A DNA stretch of 64,000 bases, from NCBI RefSeq assembly GCF_051874775.1, contig NZ_JBJEGE010000002.1, positions 1,697 through 65,696 of the forward strand, given 5' to 3'. This stretch comes from Candidatus Avelusimicrobium sp. Lineage in GTDB: Bacteria; Elusimicrobiota; Elusimicrobia; Elusimicrobiales; Elusimicrobiaceae. Positions 8,923 to 16,476 of this stretch are shown here, piece after piece; the stretch's first letter is position 1, and each line of letters opens with the position of its first letter. The position numbers and the translations under genes are program-made. The notes beneath the pieces are model-generated. The model was not told the DNA's origin. It made no database searches and worked only from the letters and a program-made list of their open reading frames with translations.

Positions 8923-10530
8923 ATGGCACACCGCCTCTTTTTAAAAACGGTTTTGGCTTGTTTACTGCTCTGCGGCGCCCTAACAGCGCAGGGTGGAACT
9001 TTCACATCTTCCGACGGGGCATTCACGTTGGATATGCCTTCGGGTTGGGCCGCGGTTACCAACCCGCCCGCAAACAGCGTGCTTTCCATTCAAAAAAAAT
9101 CTTCCCGCTTGGACGTTAAGACCACGGACTGCACCACCGAAACGTGTATAGAAGAAAAAATAAACGCAGACTTAATTGACGTCAAACGCAAAAAAATGCA
9201 GGTGGTGGGCAATACATATACGGGCGAAGAAATCAGGCGCATTGAATTTTCCACAGGCGAGCCCTTTTTCTACATCAATTTCTTTACGCCGAAAAATGAT
9301 TTTGGCGCAGGCTATTTTTTAATTAACGGCAAAGCGTATTCCATTTTGGCCAAAGATTTATCGTACGCGGAAACGGATTTAATTTTTTCGTTTATTTCTC
9401 CCAGCAAAACCAAAGGAGAAACTCTCGCGCTGGAAATGGCGGTTAACGATCCGCGCGCATATGATATTACCGCACTGCCCACGGTAGAAGAAGAAACTTT
9501 GAACGCCCCCGCGGAAGCGGTCTCCTTCCCCGAACAATCCGCTAAACCTGTAAAGAAGACACCACGTCCGAATGTATTAACAAAGCTCAAAAAACAGCTT
9601 TCACATATGAAAGCCAACACGCTTCTATCTGCCAATATGCCGCCATACGTACGGCAAATGAGGCACGGATTTGACGCACTTGTGGCGCTTATTTTCTTAT
9701 ACGCTTGTTTGCAGGCAGCCGCATTGGGCGTCCGCGTGTTTATCCGCCGCACACCGCCCGAGGCGCCGGTAAACCCCAACTCTTTATACCCCATCCGTTT
9801 TGCGCGGCTGTACGGTACGCCTTCTTTAATTTTCCGCGCCAGAGATAACCAAGGCAACATCCTTACGTCGCTCTCCTTACGGTGGGACAGCGTGTTCTTA
9901 TTTGGCGGATTGCTGTTGATACTGGTAACGTTTCTTACGCTGGCCGCCGCCGGCCTCTGCGAAAACGCTAACCTTCTGCCCGTGGGTGCATTTGTGTACA
10001 ATACCGTCTACTCCGCTTGCTCGCTGGCAATTCCGCTGGGATTACTGGTATTTTTCTGCGGGATTGTATGGTCCCAGCTTGTGCTTCGGGAAATTACATT
10101 GTTTGACCGCAAAGGTCAAAAAGCAGCGGTAGTGTTACAAAAAGGATTCGGACTGACACAAGAAAAATACGAAATTTATTTTGCCCGTTCTAAAGACGTG
10201 TTAACCGTTGCGCGCAAGCGTTTTTCCGTATGCCGCCGCTGGGAACTGTTTGATCGGGAAGGACACCTGCTCGCAAACGTAACAGAAACCTCGGCCGTCC
10301 GTGCTGTTTTGCGTAAACTTTGCGGACACCTGTGGGGGCTGCTGCGGGCTGACTACCGAATTTTAGGGCAAATGGATTCCTCCGGTACCATTCAAAACGC
10401 ACATCAAGCGTTTGACAAATTCACGTGCACCTTGGACAAACCCCAAGCCTTAAATGCACGCGATATGCTGGCGCTGTCGCTGCTTATCAACATCCGAGAT
10501 CGGGACAAATGGTACCCTTGGTTTAACTAA
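8923..10530 (+). CDS. Hypothetical membrane protein
   Basis: Signal peptide MAHRLFLKTVLACLLLCGALTAQG, an exported domain of ~230 aa, several TM helices (aa ~260-400), and a soluble C-terminal domain. No family recognised. Confidence 0.6.
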   Translation: MAHRLFLKTVLACLLLCGALTAQGGTFTSSDGAFTLDMPSGWAAVTNPPANSVLSIQKKSSRLDVKTTDCTTETCIEEKINADLIDVKRKKMQVVGNTYTGEEIRRIEFSTGEPFFYINFFTPKNDFGAGYFLINGKAYSILAKDLSYAETDLIFSFISPSKTKGETLALEMAVNDPRAYDITALPTVEEETLNAPAEAVSFPEQSAKPVKKTPRPNVLTKLKKQLSHMKANTLLSANMPPYVRQMRHGFDALVALIFLYACLQAAALGVRVFIRRTPPEAPVNPNSLYPIRFARLYGTPSLIFRARDNQGNILTSLSLRWDSVFLFGGLLLILVTFLTLAAAGLCENANLLPVGAFVYNTVYSACSLAIPLGLLVFFCGIVWSQLVLREITLFDRKGQKAAVVLQKGFGLTQEKYEIYFARSKDVLTVARKRFSVCRRWELFDREGHLLANVTETSAVRAVLRKLCGHLWGLLRADYRILGQMDSSGTIQNAHQAFDKFTCTLDKPQALNARDMLALSLLINIRDRDKWYPWFN

Positions 10531-10542
10531 TTTGAACGCTTG

Positions 10543-10572
10543 CCGCCCCGAACGTAATGGGGCGGTTTTTTT
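10543..10572 (+). terminator. Rho-independent terminator
   Basis: CCGCCCC-GAACGTAAT-GGGGCGG followed by TTTTTTT. Confidence 0.85.
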
Positions 10573-10597
10573 GATTAAATTTTGATATTTTATATAT

Positions 10598-12064
10598 ATG
10601 CGGTATTTTTTATTATTTATTTATATTTGCGCTACTCTATCCGTCTCCGCACAAACAGTACAGGAGTATGTTTCCGCCCGCTTACAGCATCCCATTTTAA
10701 ACGGCGCCTTGTGGGGAGGAGCGGCCGCTTATACGGATACGCCGGATACGGAAATTTTTTCCGTTAACGCAGGGACCCGTCTAACGCCTGCCTCCGCGCT
10801 TAAACTGCTGACCACCGCCGCCGCACTGGAAACTTTTGGGCCAGACTACCGCTTTCAAACTAAACTGTTTGCCGAGACCCTGCCGGACGAAAACGGCATA
10901 CTCCGCGGCAACCTCTACCTTCAGGGAGGAGGCGACCCAACGCTGGGTTCCTCACGGGTACAGGGTGCAGAAACGTGGCAAACTATCGTGAAAAAATGGA
11001 CGCAAGCCGTCAAAGATGCCGGCATTACCCGCGTGGAAGGAAATCTTGTGGCAGACGTTTCTCTGTTCGAAGGCCCGTCCGTCGCCCCTAAAGTAAATTG
11101 GGAAAATATCGGCAATTATTACGCCGCTCCGGCCAGTCCGCTCTCTTTTAACGACAATTTGTTTAAAATTCATTTTTCTCCTCAATTTCGCCACGGGCAG
11201 CCGGCAGAAATTTCCGCCACCGACCCTAAAATCCCCGCACTGACGCTGACCAGCTTTGTAACCACCGACGGAAAAAATAAAAAAGATAATGCCTACGTTT
11301 ACGGTGCACCGCGTCAAAACGAATTGGAAATTTACGGCACCATTCCCACCAATTTAACAGGTTTTACGATTTCCGCCGCAATGCCGGATCCGGCATTTTT
11401 TGCCGCCCATGCACTTAAAGAAGAAATGCAACAACAAGGGATTCGCCTTACGGGTGAAATCAAAACCACACGCACCGCGCCCGATTACACGCCAATGGCG
11501 TTATTACACACATATCAGTCGCCCAAACTCAAAGATATTATAATCATCGTAAACAAACGCAGTTTTAATTTGTACGCGGATATGCTCCTGCGGCAGCTGG
11601 CCGTATATGCCGGCAAAAAAGGAAGCATCAAAAACGGATTAGAGGAATTAAACACATTTTTACGAAAAAATAAATTAGCAGCAGCACAAGACACTGTCAT
11701 CTATGACGGAAGCGGACTTGCGCGGGATAATTTAGTCACGCCGCGCACGCTGCTGCGTACGCTTGCGTTTATGACTACAAGCCCCAACTTTACTCATTAT
11801 TATAATTCTCTCGCTACACCGGATGACCGCGGCGATTTACTTCTGTTAAGACGTTTCTTAAAACCCCACAAAGCCGTCAACCGCGTACGCGTAAAAGGCG
11901 GCACGATTGACGGCGTAAAAACCGCCGCCGGATATGCAACAGATAAAAACGGAAAACAAATTGCGTTTGTATTAATGGCCAACAATTTAGCCGATAAAGA
12001 CGAAGCGATTTTACGTATTCACGAAGATATCATCAAAAAACTATTGAAATTGCCGGAAGAATAA
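10598..12064 (+). CDS. dacB: D-alanyl-D-alanine carboxypeptidase/endopeptidase (PBP4, peptidase S13)
   Basis: Signal peptide; PASALKLLTTAAAL (SxxK), LYLQGGGDPTL, C-terminal KGGTIDGV (KTG-like). Confidence 0.9.
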   Translation: MRYFLLFIYICATLSVSAQTVQEYVSARLQHPILNGALWGGAAAYTDTPDTEIFSVNAGTRLTPASALKLLTTAAALETFGPDYRFQTKLFAETLPDENGILRGNLYLQGGGDPTLGSSRVQGAETWQTIVKKWTQAVKDAGITRVEGNLVADVSLFEGPSVAPKVNWENIGNYYAAPASPLSFNDNLFKIHFSPQFRHGQPAEISATDPKIPALTLTSFVTTDGKNKKDNAYVYGAPRQNELEIYGTIPTNLTGFTISAAMPDPAFFAAHALKEEMQQQGIRLTGEIKTTRTAPDYTPMALLHTYQSPKLKDIIIIVNKRSFNLYADMLLRQLAVYAGKKGSIKNGLEELNTFLRKNKLAAAQDTVIYDGSGLARDNLVTPRTLLRTLAFMTTSPNFTHYYNSLATPDDRGDLLLLRRFLKPHKAVNRVRVKGGTIDGVKTAAGYATDKNGKQIAFVLMANNLADKDEAILRIHEDIIKKLLKLPEE

Positions 12065-12075
12065 TTTTGGCACAA

Positions 12076-12106
12076 AAAATTCCGGAGCCTAAAGCTCCGG
12101 AATTTT
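12076..12106. terminator. Bidirectional terminator between convergent dacB and MATE genes
   Basis: AAAATTCCGGAGC-CTAAA-GCTCCGGAATTTT perfect 13-bp stem that includes the A/T runs. Confidence 0.85.
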
Positions 12107-12109
12107 AAA

Positions 12110-13474
12110 TCATTCTGCCGTAACCACAATGGTTTTCCACTTTCCGCGCAAGAACCGCCACCACATCAGTACCGCTGTTACTCCGGCGTAAAACGTCAGC
12201 CAGCTCCATACCCAAAATACGGACAAGTGCAATTTGTAAACGATGTACCACGTGCCCGGAATTAACATTCCCCACGCGCAAAACAACATTACGTACATAT
12301 AGAATTTGGTATCGCCCGCTCCGCGGATGGCTTCGCCGAAAATCAAGTAAGTCGCGTCAAAAATAACAAAGAAACTCACCAGTTTGATCAGCGGATACGT
12401 TTTGGCCGCAATCGCCGCCGCATCTGCCGACAAAGGCGGAATAAACAGATTTACGAAAAAGGGCGCTCCGAAAAAAAACGATAATCCGATGCCAAACGCA
12501 TACACATAACCGATTTTACACGCATTTTTTACTACACGCACACTTAAATCGGGCCGTTTGATTCCTTGGTATTTACTGACTAAAATTTGGATACCTATTC
12601 CCAACCCCAAAATAACCGTAAATACCACCGGTTGCATTGACATTACAACATTGCTTGCCTGCAGAGAAATCGTATCAATATTACCCACCATAAACGTAAA
12701 CAGCGTAAAAGACAAAATATCCATCAAAAAACCAAATCCGTTAGGAAGCCCAAAACGCAAAAGGCGCGAAAACACCGGCTTATAAAAACCTGCCAGCTTA
12801 CTGATTTTATACTCCTTACGCGTTTTACGCGCAAAAATCAGCGTGCCGAACATTGCCGTTATGGTGCCTTGGCTGATAATTGTTCCCCACGCCGCCCCCG
12901 CAATACCCATTTCGGGAAAACCAAGTTTGCCGAAAATCATCACATAATCAAGTCCGATGTTTATCAAATTGCCGATGAGCGTCGTCCACATTGGGATTTT
13001 GGTTTGGCCGCGCCCGCTGAAAAAACTGGCCAGTGCATTATTGATTACCGCAATTCCGCCAAATAAATTCAAAATGCCAAAGTATTTAAGTTCCAATACG
13101 CGAACTTGTATATCGTGCCCGAACGCATTAATCAGCGCAAAACCCACAGGCGTCAGGCCCGCCAAAAGAAGCGAAGAAATCACCGCCAAAAATACGCCCT
13201 GCCACAGAGACACCGTAACCGACGCATATTTTTTCTTTGCGTAGTACTGCGAAATAAACACGCTTGTATAACTGGCCAGCCCCATAAATATAGACCCGAA
13301 CGTCATCGCCAGTACACCGGCAGGAACGCACGCGGCCAAAGCATCGTGTGAATGCCACGCCAAAAACATCCGGTCCGCAAACTGCATTACCACCTGCGAT
13401 GCCATTAACACGATTAACGGATACGCCAAATGCCATAACTCCCCCAAGGAAGCTTGGGCATACTTTTTACTCAT
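12110..13474 (-). CDS. MATE family efflux transporter
   Basis: ~12 predicted TM segments. The N-terminus ..LGELWHLAYPLIVLMASQVVMQFADRMFL.. is typical of MATE. Start is ambiguous (13474, 13483 or 13504). Confidence 0.9.
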   Translation of the reverse strand: MSKKYAQASLGELWHLAYPLIVLMASQVVMQFADRMFLAWHSHDALAACVPAGVLAMTFGSIFMGLASYTSVFISQYYAKKKYASVTVSLWQGVFLAVISSLLLAGLTPVGFALINAFGHDIQVRVLELKYFGILNLFGGIAVINNALASFFSGRGQTKIPMWTTLIGNLINIGLDYVMIFGKLGFPEMGIAGAAWGTIISQGTITAMFGTLIFARKTRKEYKISKLAGFYKPVFSRLLRFGLPNGFGFLMDILSFTLFTFMVGNIDTISLQASNVVMSMQPVVFTVILGLGIGIQILVSKYQGIKRPDLSVRVVKNACKIGYVYAFGIGLSFFFGAPFFVNLFIPPLSADAAAIAAKTYPLIKLVSFFVIFDATYLIFGEAIRGAGDTKFYMYVMLFCAWGMLIPGTWYIVYKLHLSVFWVWSWLTFYAGVTAVLMWWRFLRGKWKTIVVTAE

Positions 13475-13513
13475 CTCCGGCATTCTCCTGCTACAAAACC
13501 GCACATAAGGACA

Positions 13514-13547
13514 GAAAAAAGGCCCGAGGAAAACCCTCGGGCTTTTT
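13514..13547 (-). terminator. Rho-independent terminator after the cold-shock gene
   Basis: GCCCGAGG-N5-CCTCGGGC hairpin; on the minus strand it is followed by CTTTTTT. Confidence 0.8.
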
Positions 13548-13563
13548 AAAGTCTTTCCAAAAA

Positions 13564-13767
13564 TTAAAGTTTGACGACTTTAACGGCTTTCGGGCCTTTT
13601 TCGGATTCTACGACTTCGAATTCAACTTCTTGACCTTCGGCCAAGGTTTTGAAACCGTCGCCCTGAATTTCCTGATAGTGAACAAAGAGATCTTTAGAAC
13701 CGTCTTCGGGGGTTACAAATCCGTAACCTTTCTGGTCATTAAACCACTTAACTTTTCCTTTAGGCAT
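13564..13767 (-). CDS. Cold-shock protein (CspA family)
   Basis: [34 protein letters not shown].. carries the RNP1/RNP2 motifs; 67 aa. Confidence 0.97.
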   Translation of the reverse strand: MPKGKVKWFNDQKGYGFVTPEDGSKDLFVHYQEIQGDGFKTLAEGQEVEFEVVESEKGPKAVKVVKL

Positions 13768-13796
13768 TTTACAAATACTTCCTTTTATGAATTATC

Positions 13797-13821
13797 AGAT
13801 ACTTAAACTTAATAAGTATCT
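13797..13821. promoter_or_regulatory. 9-bp perfect inverted repeat in the csp 5' region
   Basis: AGATACTTA-N7-TAAGTATCT, ~30-55 nt upstream of the csp start codon in an AT-rich divergent intergenic region. Confidence 0.4.
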
Positions 13822-13907
13822 ATAGTTATTGTAGCATAAATCCAAAAAAATAACACAAATTATTATTATTTTCTGCGGGGAAAGTTTAAAAAATTTATAA
13901 TTGTTTT

Positions 13908-14867
13908 ATGAAAATAATGGAAACCGTCCCCAACGTATCCGAAGGGCGCGACGAAAAAATCATAAAACGCATTGCCGACGCCGCAAGGAGCGCTTCATCT
14001 GCACGGCTCTTGCATATTGATGCTAACGCAGACGCCAACCGCACCGTGTTTACGCTGGCAGGCAATCCGGACGATATACGCCAAAGCGCGTTTGCGCTTA
14101 TCCAAGCGGCAATCGAAAATATTGATATGCGTACGCACGCGGGCGCACATCCGCGCCTTGGAGCAGTGGACGTCTGCCCGTTTATCCCCGTCAAAAATAT
14201 GACGCTTAAAGAAGCCGCTCTCCAAGCGGAAAAACTGGCGCGGGAAGCGGCGCACAAACTCAATCTTCCCGTCTATCTGTACGAAGCAAACGCGCAAACG
14301 CCACAGCGCAAGAATTTATCGTTTATCCGCCAAGGCGAATACGAAAGCCTGCCCCAAAAACTGAAAGAACTGTCGCCCGATTTCGGTCCGCGGGAATTTT
14401 CTGCGGGCATACAAAAAACGGGCGCAACGGTTATCGGTGCGCGGAATTTTTTAATTGCGTTTAACGTGTCTTTAAACACCACAGAGGTAACCGCCGCCAA
14501 ACAAATTGCGTCCGTCCTGCGCGAAAAAAACGGTGGCCTGCCCGCGGTTAAGGCCATCGGCTGGTATATGAAAGACTACTGCTGCACGCAAGTATCGTTT
14601 AATTTAACCGATTACCGAAAGACGGGCCTTGCGCAAGCGTTTGAAGCGTGTAAAAAAGAAGCCGCACGGCGCGGACTCTTGGTAACGGGGAGCGAACTCA
14701 TCGGCCTTGCGCCGGAAGAAGCGTTTTTAAATGCGGGCCGCTTTTACGCGCCCGCGCAGGCGGACACCACGGTATTGTTGGAAACCGCCGTACGCGAACT
14801 CAAGCTAAACGAAATCCGCCCTTTCAACGTCAAAGAGCGGATTTTGGAATACAACTTGAGAGGTTAA
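13908..14867 (+). CDS. Glutamate formimidoyltransferase
   Basis: N-terminal METVPNVSEGRDEKII.. matches the family pattern (ECVPNFSEGR). ..RLGAVDVCPFIP..; 319 aa, with no cyclodeaminase domain. Confidence 0.85.
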   Translation: MKIMETVPNVSEGRDEKIIKRIADAARSASSARLLHIDANADANRTVFTLAGNPDDIRQSAFALIQAAIENIDMRTHAGAHPRLGAVDVCPFIPVKNMTLKEAALQAEKLAREAAHKLNLPVYLYEANAQTPQRKNLSFIRQGEYESLPQKLKELSPDFGPREFSAGIQKTGATVIGARNFLIAFNVSLNTTEVTAAKQIASVLREKNGGLPAVKAIGWYMKDYCCTQVSFNLTDYRKTGLAQAFEACKKEAARRGLLVTGSELIGLAPEEAFLNAGRFYAPAQADTTVLLETAVRELKLNEIRPFNVKERILEYNLRG

Positions 14868-14870
14868 CTT

Positions 14871-15083
14871 TTACAAAGAAATCCGATATAAGGGCAACCC
14901 CGCCGCCGTGCCGATTTCCACTCCGCCCAGAGAAACACACAAAAACCGTCCTAACGCCAAATCATTTCCAATAATTTGACAGTATGCCGTTTGCTGCCCC
15001 AAATCCCCCAAGTAACGGTAATAATTTATATGAAGTAACGCGCTGCTTCCCCCCGCACGCCAGCCGCCCGCCTCTCTGCTTTC
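14871..15083 (-). other. 71-codon stop-free continuation of the pseudopilin reading frame beyond its TAG stop
   Basis: My hand translation, in frame after TAG (15084-15086): ESREAGGWRAGGSSALLHINYYRYLGDLGQQTAYCQIIGNDLALGRFLCVSLGGVEIGTAAGLPLYRISL, then TAA at 14871-14873, 3 nt from the ftcD-like stop. Confidence 0.4.
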
Positions 15084-15458
15084 CTAAACGATACGCCCGC
15101 ACACAGAGGAATTGCCGGCGTTTTTTTCGCACCCTGCAGGGAGCGAAAGCGTTAAATCATCCATATTCTCCGTATACGTTCCGTTTTCTAAGAAATACAA
15201 CTGTTGCGCGCGCCAAAGCGCATTTGTTTGCGCCACCAATTCCGCCGCACGCGTTTTGACTACCGCACGCTGATATTGCGGCAACGCCACGGCGGACAAA
15301 ATACCGATGATAAGCACAACCACCAACAGTTCGATCAGCGTAAAACCTTTAATCGTATGGTCATACTGAACTTGTTTCAGTATCCAAGCGGAAGATTTTC
15401 TTTTATTAATGGCTGGATCCTGAAATAAATTCAGGATGACGGCACTAAAACCTTTCAT
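15084..15458 (-). CDS. Prepilin-type N-terminal cleavage/methylation domain protein (pseudopilin), possibly truncated
   Basis: 44-aa leader, then KG|FTLIELLVVVLIIGILSAVALPQYQRAVVKTRAAEL. GGAGAA RBS 7 nt upstream of the ATG. Only 124 aa, against 179 aa for the paralog at 2926-3465. Confidence 0.8.
   Translation of the reverse strand: MKGFSAVILNLFQDPAINKRKSSAWILKQVQYDHTIKGFTLIELLVVVLIIGILSAVALPQYQRAVVKTRAAELVAQTNALWRAQQLYFLENGTYTENMDDLTLSLPAGCEKNAGNSSVCGRIV
15363..15437. repeat. Two perfect hairpin repeats inside the pseudopilin leader-peptide codons
   Basis: ATACTGAA-N5-TTCAGTAT (15363-15383) and ATCCTGAA-N5-TTCAGGAT (15417-15437). Flanked by 10-nt direct repeats TAAAACCTTT at 15341-15350 and 15446-15455. 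Confidence 0.85.
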
Positions 15459-15481
15459 ATGCGTTTTCTCCTGTCAAAAAA

Positions 15482-15525
15482 GTTATCCTGATGAGTCTGG
15501 CGGCCTGCAGGGTCTCAGAATCTAC
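15482..15525. repeat. Hairpin repeat family member just upstream of the pseudopilin RBS
   Basis: GTTATCCTGATGAG..TCTCAGAATCTAC. Positional homolog of 3489-3520, followed by the shared block ATCTACCGnTTTTAACGnAATAAACCA. Confidence 0.6.
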
Positions 15526-15554
15526 CGCTTTTAACGAAATAAACCATAAAAGGG

Positions 15555-15584
15555 AGATCCCGAGCAGAAACTTCTCGGAATGAC
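15555..15584. repeat. Hairpin repeat family member in the pseudopilin 5' UTR
   Basis: GAGATCCCGAG-CAGAAACTT-CTCGGAATGAC, an 8-bp stem with one mismatch. Confidence 0.6.
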
Positions 15585-15586
15585 TT

Positions 15587-15613
15587 ATGTTATCAAAAAA
15601 AAAAACAAATCAA
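15587..15613 (-). promoter_or_regulatory. Candidate sigma70 promoter for the second pseudopilin gene
   Basis: Minus strand: TTGATT, then a 15-nt T-rich spacer, then TAACAT. Positional homolog of 3583-3610. The -35 lies in the rsmA terminator stem. Confidence 0.35.
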
Positions 15614-15640
15614 GGCCTTCAAAAAAGCCTTGATTTGTTT
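15595..15640 (-). terminator. Rho-independent terminator after rsmA
   Basis: AAACAAATCAAGGC..GCCTTGATTTGTTT 14-bp stem; on the minus strand it is followed by an 11-nt T-run. Confidence 0.85.
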
Positions 15641-15656
15641 AGCTTGTTTCCAAAAC

Positions 15657-16430
15657 TTACGATAATAATTTATTTAATTGCACATAATTTTGTGGTGAAA
15701 TTTGCTCGGCGCGCACGGTCGGAGATAAATTTAATTTAGCAATAGAATCCGCCACTACATCCTTTGGGTATCCACAAAGCGTCAGTGAATTAAACACCGT
15801 TTTTCGTTTATGCGCAAAAGCGGATAAAACCAGCTTCTTAAATTTTTGCCATTCTTCTTCCGATATAAAAACAGGTTCTTTTAATCTTTCAAAAGCAAGC
15901 ACCGCGCTTTCCACTTTCGGCGGCGGACTGAAACACCCGCGGCCCGCTTTACAAATCGGACTGATTCGCGCGCGCAGTTGGCTGAACACGGAAAGCGGCC
16001 CGTAAAATTCTTCCCCTGCTTGGGCGCGGATACGCTGCGCCTGTTCTTTTTGGAACATAAACACCGCTGAGAAAAAGAACGGATAAGCAAGCACTTTATC
16101 CAAAATATCCGCCGCGTCTATATACGGCAAATTGCTGACAAATTCCGTCGGCCCGTGCGGCAAAAGAGATAAATTAAATTCCAAAAAATTGTGCCGCTCT
16201 ATTTTGATACCCGCTTCTGCAGGTACATGCGTTTGCAGGTAGGAAACCATTTGCGGATCTATTTCCACAACTGTAAAATTTTTTTGTCCGCGCGCAATAA
16301 GCTGCTGTGTCAATGCTCCTTTTCCGGGGCCGATTTCCACCAAGTTTTCCACCCGCAGCAACAGTACCGCATCCACAATTTGGTTGATGACATTCCGGTC
16401 AATTAAAAAATGCTGTCCGTATTTTTGCAT
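15657..16430 (-). CDS. rsmA: 16S rRNA (adenine1518/1519-N6)-dimethyltransferase
   Basis: MQKYGQHFLIDRNVINQIVD.., SAM motif EIGPGKGALT, ..VSNLPY.. Confidence 0.9.
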   Translation of the reverse strand: MQKYGQHFLIDRNVINQIVDAVLLLRVENLVEIGPGKGALTQQLIARGQKNFTVVEIDPQMVSYLQTHVPAEAGIKIERHNFLEFNLSLLPHGPTEFVSNLPYIDAADILDKVLAYPFFFSAVFMFQKEQAQRIRAQAGEEFYGPLSVFSQLRARISPICKAGRGCFSPPPKVESAVLAFERLKEPVFISEEEWQKFKKLVLSAFAHKRKTVFNSLTLCGYPKDVVADSIAKLNLSPTVRAEQISPQNYVQLNKLLS

Positions 16431-16476
16431 AAAATCCTTTTGGGACGTTCTAAAACAACACAACAAAAAACTGCCG

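Noticed and set aside
15084-15086. Genome-wide reassignment of TAG as a sense codon
   Set aside because: TAG terminates several well-supported genes here: the pseudopilin at 2926, the LuxR-type regulator at 30786 and the giant protein at 47335. A local nonsense mutation or read-through is more plausible than recoding.
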